Positions 27,890 through 39,165 of a stretch of 47,280 nt of DNA are shown here, piece by piece. The DNA is taken from NCBI GenBank assembly GCA_900617105.1, contig UYFQ01000530.1, forward strand, positions 62,001 to 109,280, in the 5' to 3' direction. The DNA comes from Hydrurus foetidus (lineage: Eukaryota). The first letter of the stretch is position 1; each line of letters starts with the position of its first letter. A program made the translations under genes and the position numbers. The notes under the pieces are model-generated. The model was not told the origin of the DNA and did no database searches. It saw only the letters and a list, made by a program, of their open reading frames with translations.

Positions 27890-28455
27890 CCCGGCAGGTC
27901 CGATATCTCTCCAAATTCTTCATGAAAAAGTTTTTGTCAAACATTCTCACAAGTAATTCGATAGTTTTACATCCGCTTCGATTATTAAAATTTTCTGAAA
28001 TTGATGATTTCATCAAGAGATCGACATTAGTCACTTTTGGCGATTCACCAATGTCGGATATAGATGAGGCAAGAGTATCAGTGAGATATTCTATCTTGTA
28101 GGCAGCAGTCAGATTAGTATGGATCCGCGAGGGTTTCGTACAAATCGCGATAGTCACTGAGATGCATCAGTTTCAGAGACCAAAAATGTGCCTTTTTAAC
28201 ATATTCGGGATGCGATTTCCTTATTTCGTTGACGAAAGGCACATTTTGGTCTCTGAAACTGATACATCTCTGCTAATACGAAAATGTCGAATAATACTAT
28301 TACTGCTGAAGGCAGTATCCACGATACTTGATCATCTATCCGACATTGATGAATCGCGTAGTGATGTCTCTCGATTTGGAAAGATTAAATAATAAGCTTC
28401 TTATCGAACTCGTGATTTGTGTATCATGAAAATTGGAGAGAAAATATGGACCGGT
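27890..28455. repeat. Degenerate long inverted repeat (fold-back) centred near 28215
   Basis: Inner arms 28159-28194 and 28235-28270 are near-perfect. Pairing continues outward with many indels: GCGATTCACCAATGTCGGATA (28040) pairs with TATCCGACATTGATGAATCGC (28337), and CTCTCCAAATTCTTCATGA (27907) pairs with TCATGAAAATTGGAGAG (28424). Confidence 0.75.
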
Positions 28456-28481
28456 GACCGCCTTTGGCACTGGTATATGAT

Positions 28482-31095
28482 GCGGATAAATATAATCTGG
28501 AATGGACCACTTTCTTTATGGAATCACCACTATTTTCATGGAATTGCCACTATTAGACAAGTGGCAACTATTTTTAATATTATGCAACTATTTTTACGGA
28601 ATCGCAGCTATTTTGGTAGAATCTCAACTTTATCGAATACAGTCGGGGTCGGCTGGAGCCGACATTTAATATGTAGTGATACGGCGATTGTATCTCCTCA
28701 AATGATAACATCTTATTCCATCTTATTATCTGTCTATTCGATAGATCTTGAGCAGGCGTGCAAGGTAGACTGATTACATTTTTTATTTTTTAGTTATTGA
28801 AGGAGGAGATGACTTTTCTATTCTACACTCAAACTCGCTGATGTGGCACTGACCGTACGTACAGGTCTCACGCGAACGTACTTACTTCAAAAATGTGCAT
28901 ACGGATGCTGTGAGGTACATCAAAATGAGTGGAATTCAAGCATGTATCTGCGTCAACCCGCTGACTAAGAAAGAAGATGCCTCTCGCCTTTGTAAGACGA
29001 GCTGAACGCCACTGCTCCCGATTTATGAGCGGATACAGGTTAGGCCTCGAAGATCCTTTGCTAGACTTCTCCATGAAGAAGTGTGCCAGTCATCGCTCCA
29101 TTCCTGTAGGCGTAATCAATACATTAACAGCAGATTATGAAAGATATTCAGCTAGCAAGAAAATAAAAAAGAATTAAAATGTAGGTTATTATAAAGTTGA
29201 ACTGTAATTTAAAAAAAAGCAGTTCACTGCGATTAGAATCGCAGTGAATAAAAGTTCAATTGCAGAATAATATGCTGCAGAAGTCAGCTGTGAAGTGGAA
29301 AGGCAGGCCGTGGCCAACAGCAGTTCACCGAGTCGATGAGGTGATGTCTCTCACTGGTACACCTTGACAGGACTAGATGAACAGTTTCCACTGCAGGTAA
29401 GGCGATTAGAATCGCAGTGATTTGTAGAGGCAAGTAAATATATTTGAGACGTAATGTGTTCAATGTTAGTGGGAAGTCAGATTTGAAGTGCGGCATCACT
29501 TTGGAGATAATCGTGACTTGCGGTCTTGCGATCGGATTTTACACTGGAGAATTTTCGGCTCTGTTGACGTCGGAGATGATGTCAGAAGTTGCCGCTGAAG
29601 ATATGATCAGGATGGATGGCTCTTGACTGTTGTGGAGCTCTATGTACAATGGGCTGTTGCGTTCTGAAATTGGCGACCACTTGTTGTGGATGAAGTGGTC
29701 TCGAAAATCCTCTGGCCGGAGAATTCAAGTGGGGTAGGTACGTCATTTTCATGATGACGTTGCAGAACGCCGATGATGACGTTCACCATTGGAGTTTGTT
29801 CTGCGGTTGTGTTGCCTCGAGCAGTATTGCTGTTGTCTAGTATGTCTTCGATATTCGATGGTATGGGGATGCTCCGAACTTTGCTCGAACTGGAATTGAC
29901 AACATGAAAATTCAAAATGGTGACGTCATATTTCATATTCCGGACATGAACAATTTTTTTGAGATAGTATCTTTCTGATTTTGAAATGAGAAATTTTAAG
30001 ATGTTTTTGTTTTATAGAATGCGGGGAATCCGGGAGGCCTGACGGCCTCCCGGATTCTATTTTTTTGCCCCGGATTCTGCCATTTTTCCGAGAGGTAGAA
30101 CACTGTTATGTTCTGTTCTCATCTTTCAGGCCTGAACGTCCGTTAAAAAGAGAGGGGATTTCCGTTAAACCTGATCAAGATCCCCCTGGGGAATTTTTTT
30201 CGAAAATCGATGTGGCACAACATTTGGATTGTCGGCTACAGATGTCCCCGACTGTAATCAGCACTTTAATAAAGTATCACACATTCTTTGGTGCTGCCTG
30301 GCCTCGCTCTATTCAAAGCGTAATGATATCTTTTTGAGGGACTGTTAGCCCACGCTCACGTGGGACTTCAACCTGATGGTTGTGATCGCAGTCTACAGTG
30401 GTCTCAACCTCGAATGGAGGAACAGCGTGCGCCAGATTCTCAAGCAATCTGCAGATGTGCGGACACCCTACTTCTGAGCACTTGAGGTATGTTACTCTCA
30501 CTCCGATATTGTGATTCATCTTGTAGCGAGGGAGCCTCATCTCCTCGATGAACTCGTTGACCTAGGCAACTGTTTGAGGCAGATGGCTAACTCGTTACAT
30601 TCTGCATTAATGAGTCTAATCTAAGATGTTGAAAATATTACCGGTATTAAATGTCTGATTTCTTTGCCAGTTGAGACCACCCGAACGGCTTCGACAACAA
30701 TGATTTCTTCGTCGATAGCATCTGCGTCGTTCATTTCTCTTAATTTGGGATGGAAGCGGTGAAATCTGCTGTAGTAAAAAAAGCTTCGAATTATCAGGTA
30801 CTGCGCTGATTTGGGTGGTATCTGAAATGACTAAGTTGGTGGATGTCAAAAATAGTGGTTGCGAGTGATTCTTCCTGTGAGAATCTTATAACTTTAGCTG
30901 TGAATTCTTAGAAAAAGCTGATCTTTCTAGATTAAAGTGTTTTTTTCTATATTAAAGTGTTGATTCTATTTTTATAGTGGCAGAAAAAATAAAGTGCCAC
31001 CTATGTTAGTTAAAGTGCCATTTTCCAGGAAATAGTTGTAATTCCATAGAAAAAGTTGGATTTTCTAGATTTTAGCTGCCCGTTATTTCGGTCGC
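28482..31095. mobile_element. Decayed MULE-like DNA transposon (tentative), with internal fragments
   Basis: Flanked by the direct repeat TATATGAT (28474-28481 and 31096-31103). Ends are GCG...CGC. Degenerate ~20-bp subterminal repeats lie in inverted orientation at ~28500-28635 and ~30850-31080. Contains a WRKY/GCM1-type Zn-finger remnant. Confidence 0.45.
30270..30560 (-). pseudogene. Remnant of a WRKY/FLYWCH-type (C-x4-C...H-x-H) zinc finger, as found at the N-terminus of MULE transposases
   Basis: ORF 30313-30540 contains TYLKCSEVGCPHICRLLE...DCDHNH. In-frame stops follow, and no DDE domain is visible. Confidence 0.5.
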
Positions 31096-31103
31096 TATAT
31101 GAT

Positions 31104-31364
31104 ATCGGAAATAATTTACCGTGTACGGAATTGAGAGATTCGTGTACTGAATTAATAGTTTGATGTACTGTACTGAAATCAATACTAAAGGTTTGGATTA
31201 GGATTAGGGTTAGGGTGAAGATTAGGGTTAGGATTAGAGTTAGTGTTAGGGCTGAACTCAGAGTCAGGATCAGGGTTAGGGCTAGAGTTAGAATGTATTC
31301 AGTACATCAAACTATTAATTCAGTACATCAAGCTATTAATTCAGTACATCATTAATTGGGTCGC
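31104..31364. mobile_element. Small non-coding element: subterminal inverted repeats around a degenerate telomeric (TTAGGG)n tract
   Basis: TGTACTGAATTAATAGTTTGATGTACTG (31143-31170) is the exact reverse complement of 31300-31327, with a further copy at 31321-31348. About 16 TTAGGG-like hexamers lie at 31195-31292. Confidence 0.65.
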
Positions 31365-31742
31365 TATATGATATAGAGGAAAGATTTTGGGAATAAATTG
31401 GTTGCGATTTCCGTTATTAGAGTGTTTGCGATTTTCGGTATTCCGGAGAAACGAGTTCTAAAGTCGACTTCTCAAACTTTCGTTTTCTTCAAAGTCGTTT
31501 CCTGTCAGCAACCACAATTTATCTCTCCCAAAGTCGACTTGTGCACTGCAGACTGCAGAAGTCGTTTAACTTCAACGACACTCAGGAAACTTTTCAGGAT
31601 GCTTTACTTTAGATCACTCATGTCCAAACCTGGCATCGCGGACATGCAGAACTGAATTTGGTGGATGGTGCTGTCCTCATTGGATTTATAACTGTGGGTC
31701 CTTTGGGAGAAATTGACACGGATACTTGAGGGACGTTCAAAG

Positions 31743-33011
31743 ATGGAAATCGAGCTGCGAGAAACGATAAGGAACATGCCATATCGGAAGAGAAATCATG
31801 GGCTGTCAGCTGCGGAAATGTATGAACTGGACCTCCTGATAAAGTTCATCAACTTTATCATTCGATTCACTGATTATATTCCCCTCGCGCCACTGCGCAA
31901 TTTAGTCTTACTCTTCACGATGATGCTGTCTTTCGTTGTTCTAAGTGTCTTGTGCGTCGAGAGTAGTGAAGTAACAAAAGTCAATCGAGCCAACAAGAAC
32001 CGAATGATCGATTCTTTCACTGATGAGGAGTGTTGGCACTATTTGAGATTCAGAAGACGCGAGCTGACTATTCTGTTCGAGTTGGGCGGTTTTCCAGCAA
32101 ATGTCAAATGTCTGAATGGTATTTCTTGTCCTGGGGAGTATGCCTTTATGCTGATGCTATATCGTCTTGCATACCCAAGCCGATTATTCACTCTGCAGGA
32201 CATTTTCGGTAGGGAGTACACTCAACTGTCTCGCATATTCAAATACGCGATTAACTTCATGCACACAAACCACAAACACAAAGTGCATGGTAATTTGGAG
32301 TGGTACAGTGACAGGTTCGATATGTATCATGAAGCCATCATAAGGAAGATAATGAAGTGCCCGAAAAATCCGAATGTCGGTAATGTGCCAATCGAAGTTT
32401 CGAATGTTTTTGCATTTCTAGATGGCACTGGTCTTGAAATCGCTCGTCCTTCTAATGGCGCCCAGAATCCCTTTTATAATGGATACTTGCACGGCCACTA
32501 TCTGATTTTCCAGGGCGTATCGTTTCCTGATGGACTGCTCGTCATAGAAGGGGCATTTCCTGGTTATCAACCTGATACCATGGTTTGGAGTAGCGCGATG
32601 AGACACGAGCTGGAACGTATTATGGCGGAGCGGGTCGCAGATGGACGACATCGATACAAACTCTACGCTGATAAAATCTACCAAAACAATGCCTTGGTAA
32701 CAGCTGCGTACAGTGTACGCAACAACCCAGCGGGTCTAACACAATGGCAAATTGAACTTAATAGACTGATGTCGGATATACGTGTAGGTGTCGAGTGGAG
32801 TTTTGGAAAAGTAATTGAACGTAACAAATTTGTTTCGTTTGGAAAGGGTATGAAAATTCAATCTTCACCTGTTAGTAAATACTACCATGTTGCCATCTTG
32901 TTAGCTAATTCACACACATGCATGTATGGCTGTCAGCACACACGATACTTTGATATCTTACCTCCATCTATGGACGAATACTATGCTCAAGAGGAGCAAA
33001 TACATAATTAA
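31743..33011 (+). CDS. Harbinger-type DDE transposase (DDE_Tnp_4-like)
   Basis: HTH region CWHYLRFRR...LMLYRLAYPSRLFTLQDIFGR; catalytic motifs FLDGT, LYADKIY, RVGVEWSFG. The ORF is open from 31713; first ATG at 31743. Confidence 0.92.
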   Translation: MEIELRETIRNMPYRKRNHGLSAAEMYELDLLIKFINFIIRFTDYIPLAPLRNLVLLFTMMLSFVVLSVLCVESSEVTKVNRANKNRMIDSFTDEECWHYLRFRRRELTILFELGGFPANVKCLNGISCPGEYAFMLMLYRLAYPSRLFTLQDIFGREYTQLSRIFKYAINFMHTNHKHKVHGNLEWYSDRFDMYHEAIIRKIMKCPKNPNVGNVPIEVSNVFAFLDGTGLEIARPSNGAQNPFYNGYLHGHYLIFQGVSFPDGLLVIEGAFPGYQPDTMVWSSAMRHELERIMAERVADGRHRYKLYADKIYQNNALVTAAYSVRNNPAGLTQWQIELNRLMSDIRVGVEWSFGKVIERNKFVSFGKGMKIQSSPVSKYYHVAILLANSHTCMYGCQHTRYFDILPPSMDEYYAQEEQIHN

Positions 33012-33369
33012 CTTTATAATATCATGATGTAATTGTCGTCCTCATAAAATAGCTGCAAATATCGAATTAAAATGAGATTAATTATTTGTTTATCTAAAAT
33101 GAAAGAAATGTTAGTGATCGAGCGGAAGTAACGGCAAGGGTTGAGGTAAGTTATGAACTCTATCGCAAAGGAAATCATGTGATGTTACCGTTGCATGTAC
33201 ACAATATGGATGACGCAGTATGCGACATGAACATACAATGTATGTGCTAAGCATGCGGTATTTACGTATTATGTATCTTCAGGTCGGGAGTAAAAATGTC
33301 GGTGATGGTGGAAATGCGCTTTGCAAATGATATCATGATGATTCAAGAAGGAGTACATGAGATGAGCTT

Positions 33370-34731
33370 TTATTCACCAAGAGTCTCCAAGATGCAGAAA
33401 TGTTTCTCCTCGCTGTCCAACTTCAGAAACAACTCAGCTAAGTTCTGCCTATCCAGATCGCGCTTGAACTTATACCTCTGCGATGCGCTAAAACTCGAAG
33501 GGAATTCTTCGTCGAAGACGTACTGGTCATATTTGAAGGCTGTGGAGTGTGTTGAGGGGTTCCTTGTGTCAGTTTATTGACAGCATCTTTGAAGGAACCA
33601 CTGACATCTGCAAACATGGATGAGAGACTGCTGCTCCCAGATTTACTGCTAGCACTTGACTGCCCTTTACAACTACCCGAGCTTTGTCCCTTTGGGGTCT
33701 GACCTGGTTCCTGATTATTAAATATTAAATATCAAATGATGACTATTAAAATATTGTGAGGTACTGAGAGTGAGATTGCTTACCCCATCTACAACGATAC
33801 GGTGAGAGAAATCTCCATAGCTATCATCATCAGATTTATCACAGAGGTCAATATCGGGATATTTTTCCCTCACTTCTCTTGGAGACATAATGTGACCTCG
33901 TTTTCGTGGACTCGCTCTCACTCGCTTTCTATAATTAGAAACAGGGTGGTGCTGGACAGGTACCTTGTTTTCTTTTCGGTATGCAGCCGAGCTTTCACGG
34001 TTGATTTCAGAGTCTCCATCACACTCTTCTTCATTATCGCTGCCGCTTCCGTTTCAAGACCTCTTCCTCTTGACCCCTTCATCACTTGCATTGATAACAT
34101 TATATCCCAATTCGCATTTTGCAGTTGCTTTTTTCTCTTTGTCTAACTTTTTAATCACTGTTGCCTCCTTGGAATTTTTCTTTCTCAGCATCTCCTCTAC
34201 AGATCAGTGAAGTCGTTACTCAGATAAATGTGGAGAGTAACTTCAATATCGGTATACAATGAACCAACCTTCTTTATCGTGATTCACTCTCTCAAAGCGT
34301 GTTATACGAGCCGGGTTACTGGTTGTCTCATGCTGCATATTAGCTATAGAGATAAGGAAATCGAACACTGCTTCTTTGTTGCTATCGAAGAGTGCAGGGC
34401 CATCTCGCATCATCGTGACAGATGATATACCGAAGCTTTTGTGGCTCATTTGGCTGAGAGACGATTCCCTGCCATGCTGCATGAGTTGCGCCCTAAGCGT
34501 GTCTGCTTGACCGTAAATTCGACAATAGATACCATCCTTTCCATGTAGATGACGACGGTTGACTTCCATGGTCGCAAACACTGGGTGACCATTGTAATAA
34601 TCTGTATCACGAACATAAGCATCTTCCTTATCCTGACCAGAAAACGCGTTGTTGAAGCGAGATTGATCGGCCAGATGCGCTACTACTACAGACAATTTGG
34701 CCCAAGTCCAGGTGAACTGCCTGACAGACAT
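33370..34731 (-). pseudogene. Second (accessory) gene of the inner element, spliced and apparently disrupted
   Basis: ORF 34243-34836 (ATG 34731), putative introns at ~34268-34198 and ~33782-33712, an in-frame TGA at 34056-34054 and an apparent frameshift near 33560. C-terminal helix LAELFLKLDSEEKHFCILETLGE* resembles the tails of Harbinger accessory proteins. Confidence 0.55.
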
Positions 34732-35078
34732 TCTGTTAATGTGTGATGCTTTTGCAGCGCTAATTACATGACGATGTGAAGTTGATGAGATGACTTGCGG
34801 ACGACACTTTCGATGTGAAAATACCAAATTCTCCACCGAAATCGCACAACAGCTCAGAGATGGCGAGAAGTCGAGTTTGAGAAGTCGACTTTAGAACTCG
34901 TTTCTCCGAAATATCGAAAATCGCAAACACTCTATTTGACCTTGGAAGTTTTCGAATATTTGACTTTTCGTTTATTTTGAAAAAGTTGTCGCGAAATTCC
35001 GTATCCGACTGTTCAAGATTTTTTGAAAACACACACAGCACCTCTGGAACTTGGACTGTACGTAGGAATCAGATGCTC

Positions 35079-35138
35079 GATTGGAAATTATCAGATGCAT
35101 GATTGGAAATTATCAGATGCATGATTGGAAATTATCAG
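35079..35138. repeat. 22-bp tandem repeat, ~2.7 copies (GATTGGAAATTATCAGATGCAT)
   Basis: Directly visible. Confidence 0.85.
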
Positions 35139-36197
35139 CTGCCATTTCCCAATGTGTCAGGAGAGATATATCGGCGGATTACAATTACGATGTCATCTCG
35201 ATACCAGTAACAATCCATAGACAATTCAGACGGCTCTGAAAAATTGTGGGATTTCGTTGAAGTCTATCCTCGACTGTGCCTCAAAATCTGAGCGTGCAAT
35301 CTCAGCTGCAGAGAGCGGAAATCGGCGCCCCGGTGACATCGACGGTAAAATTTGAAATGCTCATCCTGGAATACGAATTCTTTCGTGGCATGCATTTCTA
35401 ATGAAGCCAACTTGTTTGTGATTCTGATATATAGGGTTCTATACTGTCTTCAGGCCAATCATCAGGGGTCGCTTGGCTCAGACAATTGAGCAAATTGTGA
35501 GAAGCACGGTGAGTGGTTCGCTAGCAACTTTTTGTCTCGCGCTCGATTCGAATTTCGTCTGCGCATTTACATCAAAGCGACTGAACTAATGTAACTAAAT
35601 GCCGCTCAAATTCTGAAACCAGGTTCGTCTCGGTCGGAAAGTTGTGACGAGGATAGATCGAGTACTCAGCAATTTTTAAGGTGAGTGGGTTGTTGGCAAA
35701 TTCGATCAGAGACCGAACCATGAGTGGTGTGTTCGCCCATTTCGAGCAATGATTCATATGCCAAATTTTAATTCAAATGCCTCTCAAATTGCATTTCCAG
35801 GACAGCTGAAATCAGCCTCGGCGTTGTGTGAAGGTTGAGATCTTATAAGTCGTATTTTTATAAGGGAAACGACTCCACTATCTTAATTTCTGGTGCGTTC
35901 AACGTTCTGTGCCGAGTAGAGTACTTAATCACGTCTAACTTGCGTTACATTTTTTCAATTTAACCAATGATTACCTAAACGCTGGCAAAATTTTAAACTC
36001 AGGGTTGTACCAGAATTTCGGCCGTCGCGCGGAAGGAATCATCTTTCAGTAGACAGAGTTCACGTTTATTCTCACCCTCTTTACATGTGTGTAATTTAAT
36101 CATATTGTAAAGAGGGAAGAACAAAAACTTTCGGTTATTTCGACTCTTTGAACGTGGGTGAAATACAATTATACTGCAAAAATCAAGGTACATAAGC

Positions 36198-36811
36198 GTT
36201 GCAACTAACTTCCGATGTGCATTTAGATATTATCTTATATGTTGTAACTAACTTCTGATATGCATTTAAATATCATCATACATGTTGAAACTTACTTCTG
36301 ATACGCACTTGAATGTCATCTAATATGTTGTAACTAGCTTCTGATATGCATTTAGATATTATCTTATATGTTGTAACTTACTTCTGATATGCATTTAAGT
36401 ATTATCTTTATATGTTGTAACTAACTTCTGATATGCATTTAAGTATTATCTTTATATGTTGTAACTAGCTTCTGATATGCATTTAAGTATTATCTTTATA
36501 TGTTGTAACTAGCTTCTGATATGCATTTAAGTATTATCTTTATATGTTGTAACTAGCTTCTGATATGCATTTAAGTATTATCTTTATATGTTGTAACTAG
36601 CTTCTGATATGCATTTAAGTATTATCTTTATATGTTGTAACTAACTTCTGATATGCATTTAAGTATTATCTTATATGTTGTAACTAGCTTCTGATATGCA
36701 TTTAAGTATTATCTTATATGTTGTAACTAACTTCTGATATGCATTTAAGTATTATCTTATATGTTGTAACTAACTTCTGATATGCATTTAAGTATTATCT
36801 TTATATGTTGT
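36198..36811. repeat. AT-rich minisatellite, 14 copies of a 43-44-bp unit (GTTGTAACTA(A/G)CTTCTGATATGCATTTAAGTATTATCTT(T)ATAT)
   Basis: Head-to-tail units with no unique spacers. The first four units are the most diverged. Confidence 0.95.
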
Positions 36812-36906
36812 CATCCAATATCTACATTTAAGTCGCAATTTAATCCACTCTGTACACGCAACATGTACAACATACCGCAGACCACAGGACTATTACTACA
36901 TAAACC

Positions 36907-38187
36907 ATGGTGCGACTCAAGCGAGCTTCAAAAGAATTGGATATTAATTGCAGACATTCAGGTGCGTTAACGGGCAATGATCGACACACAAGGAGAATAC
37001 TGATGCTGGTATTGGAGCGCCTCCGTGAGGAACACATAGCGGTTGCTGGGAATCCTGGTGCTGACCGACGGATCTGGAGGATGGTAAAAATTTGCGTGCG
37101 AAAGTTGATATCAGTCTTAACAATTCCTGAGCATATCAGAGTCCGATACAATGGGGAGAGACTGAGAATCGACTCTGAGTCAATTCATGAGGCTATGATA
37201 GGGGTGACCTATCGATTCAAGAATAGGCAACAGCTTCGTGAGTTGCACGCATGTCTTCAAATTCCCGAGTGATTTAGACTTCCTGATGGTGGACACAAGA
37301 TCCACGGTGAAGAACTGCTTCTCATTGCTCTAGAGAGATGTGCAAATGGAACACGTCTCATTGATCTTCAACAAAAGTATCATATTTATCACGCTGTTAT
37401 TGGCAAGGCCCTACATGTCTTCGCGAGTTGGATGCGGGACAACTGGGGTTACCTTATACATGACAACACTGAATTTTGGACTCCATACTTGGAGGCCTCT
37501 TGCAACGCAATCATGCGAAAGATGAGCGAGCAGTATGAAGTAGAGGTTGAGGGCATGGATGATATGGGGAGAGGATTTAGAATTGCACTTTTCATTGATT
37601 GCATGACAATAGCGAGCGACGGGACAGGGGGAGGTCCAATGACACCCGGTCAGTTTGCAGAGAGATTTCCTTTGCTGGTACAGGAGTCATTCTACAGCGG
37701 GTGGGCTCGCGTCCATGGAATCAAGAAGCAGGGTATGGGCATGGGGAATGGGATGGCATTCAATGTTAGTAAGGGATACAGTTGTAGACGTCATGATATG
37801 CATCTGCTTGCTGACACTGATATAAATAGCAAACTAGAAGGAGCTACTGATTACATGTGTTTTGGTGATTCAGCATACCCTCATATGACTAGAATCACTA
37901 GTAGGAATAACGTAGACGAATTCGAGGATATTAACAGAGCATTAAACGGATGCAGAATATCTATTGAGTGGATGTATAGAGATATTGCTGTATTTTGGAA
38001 ATTAGTCACGAAGAAAGACATCTTAAAACTTCTTGAAGGTTTCATTAAGTGTGATAATTTGATTGATCTATGTTTCATTTTTAGTGATGCTCATAATTGC
38101 ATGAATGGCAATGAAACCTCACAGTGGTTTGGATTGTTACCACCCACTATTACTGTATATACATCCCAAGGAAGACATGCAATTTAA
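36907..38187 (+). pseudogene. Harbinger-type DDE transposase with a single in-frame TGA
   Basis: ORFs 36907-37272 and 37432-38187 are in the same frame and open between them apart from TGA 37270-37272 (…FRLPDGGHKIHGEELLLIALER…). Catalytic motifs LFIDC, CFGDSAY, CRISIEWMY. Confidence 0.85.
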
Positions 38188-38277
38188 GCAAAAATTAAAT
38201 TATTTGTGTTCGCGATTATTTTGTTAAGGATTATTTTATTACACACAAATGCGACGAGCTGTTTTCAAACACAACAT

Positions 38278-39165
38278 TCATTTTTTCGCAAGTTTCATTA
38301 AAGCCTCTCCAACTGACTCAAGTGATTGTGCAAGTTTTGCACTCGAAGCAGCGTTACTCGCTTGCATTTCGCTGATAGCAGCTCTTTTCATCTCATTTGA
38401 TGACTCAATTTGTTGGAGAACTGCAGCCTCTCTCTTCTCATCTTTCACTGCTTCATCAGCGAATGACTTCAAAAAGCTGCTAATTTCATCCTTGTCGATA
38501 TTGTCTGCATCCCTCTTCTGTCTCTTCTTGTCGCTACTTGGGGTGGAACTTGACGATGCTGTAGAAGAGGAGGAGGACGCACTGACAGGATTCCCGAAAC
38601 CGCCCGAAAGTTTTTGATACCTCTTCGAATCAGGCTTTGTAGCCAACAGATCTTTTGCCATCTTAGGCAGTCCTTTTCTGCCACCTCCACTAGTAATTAC
38701 ATCACACACACCATCCTTCATCGCCATCTTTTCATTTGCTACTTCTTTAAGAATCGCTGTCTCTGCGTTTGCTATTTCCCCATCGCGGCATATATCAAGT
38801 AGCAGACTTTCCATCTCCGTCAGCGAGTCAACGTCAGGCAGTGCGCTACAGTTGACCTTGTCTTCACCTCCCAAGCCAACCTTTTTCATAAACACAGTGA
38901 CTAACGAAAGAAACTTATATCTTATCGTGCTCCAATCGCGTTTTGGTCCCTTGCTCGAATAAATCTCAGACAACCAGAGAGATTCTACTAGGGCTGTAAA
39001 TTTGACTTCAAAAGTTCCAGTCGTGGAACTTTTATGCGCATTCATGGCGAGGATTGTTTTGACTAGCAATATCTCCATTGCTGGAGTGTACTTCAAGAAG
39101 GATTTCTTCTTTGGCACAGGTGGAGCATTTTGAACTCCCGCAGCCTCGTCGATGACAATCTCCAT
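38278..39165 (-). CDS. Myb/SANT(trihelix)-like accessory protein of the outer Harbinger-type element
   Basis: 295-aa ORF convergent with the transposase. N-terminal KYTPAMEILLVKTIL...FEVKFTALVESL...DWSTIRYKFLSL pattern, followed by a Ser-rich linker, a KKRQKR basic patch and a helical tail. Confidence 0.75.
   Translation of the reverse strand: MEIVIDEAAGVQNAPPVPKKKSFLKYTPAMEILLVKTILAMNAHKSSTTGTFEVKFTALVESLWLSEIYSSKGPKRDWSTIRYKFLSLVTVFMKKVGLGGEDKVNCSALPDVDSLTEMESLLLDICRDGEIANAETAILKEVANEKMAMKDGVCDVITSGGGRKGLPKMAKDLLATKPDSKRYQKLSGGFGNPVSASSSSSTASSSSTPSSDKKRQKRDADNIDKDEISSFLKSFADEAVKDEKREAAVLQQIESSNEMKRAAISEMQASNAASSAKLAQSLESVGEALMKLAKK

Larger units (their letters stand above)
31419..34933. 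mobile_element. Inner PIF/Harbinger-superfamily (PHIS, Pangu-like) transposon, 3515 bp
   Basis: 60-bp TIRs at 31419-31478 and 34874-34933 with 2 mismatches, starting AGAGTGTTTGCG. ATT duplication at 31416-31418 and 34934-34936. Two convergent genes. Confidence 0.92.

Noticed and set aside
29223..29248. Perfect 12-bp-arm palindrome TTCACTGCGATT-AG-AATCGCAGTGAA, partly repeated at 29402-29420
   Set aside because: Real, but too short and without context to assign a function; lies within TE debris.
30026..30066. Rho-independent terminator
   Set aside because: The shape fits, but the DNA is eukaryotic and the hairpin lies in TE debris.
35200..35760. Possible third cargo gene in the outer element
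   Set aside because: Only short stop-interrupted frames with no recognisable motif.
36198..36811. CRISPR-like array (units start GTTG…)
   Set aside because: Units are contiguous with no unique spacers, there are no cas genes and the context is eukaryotic. It is a minisatellite.
34054..37272. In-frame TGAs in two transposon genes as evidence of stop-codon recoding
   Set aside because: Each is explained by one transition (CGA or TGG to TGA) in decaying elements, and TGA serves as the normal stop of the AASDH gene.
31713..39165. Fanzor/TnpB or another RNA-guided nuclease in the transposons
   Set aside because: No RuvC or Zn-ribbon motifs are visible in any ORF. Both enzymes have Harbinger-type DDE motifs.
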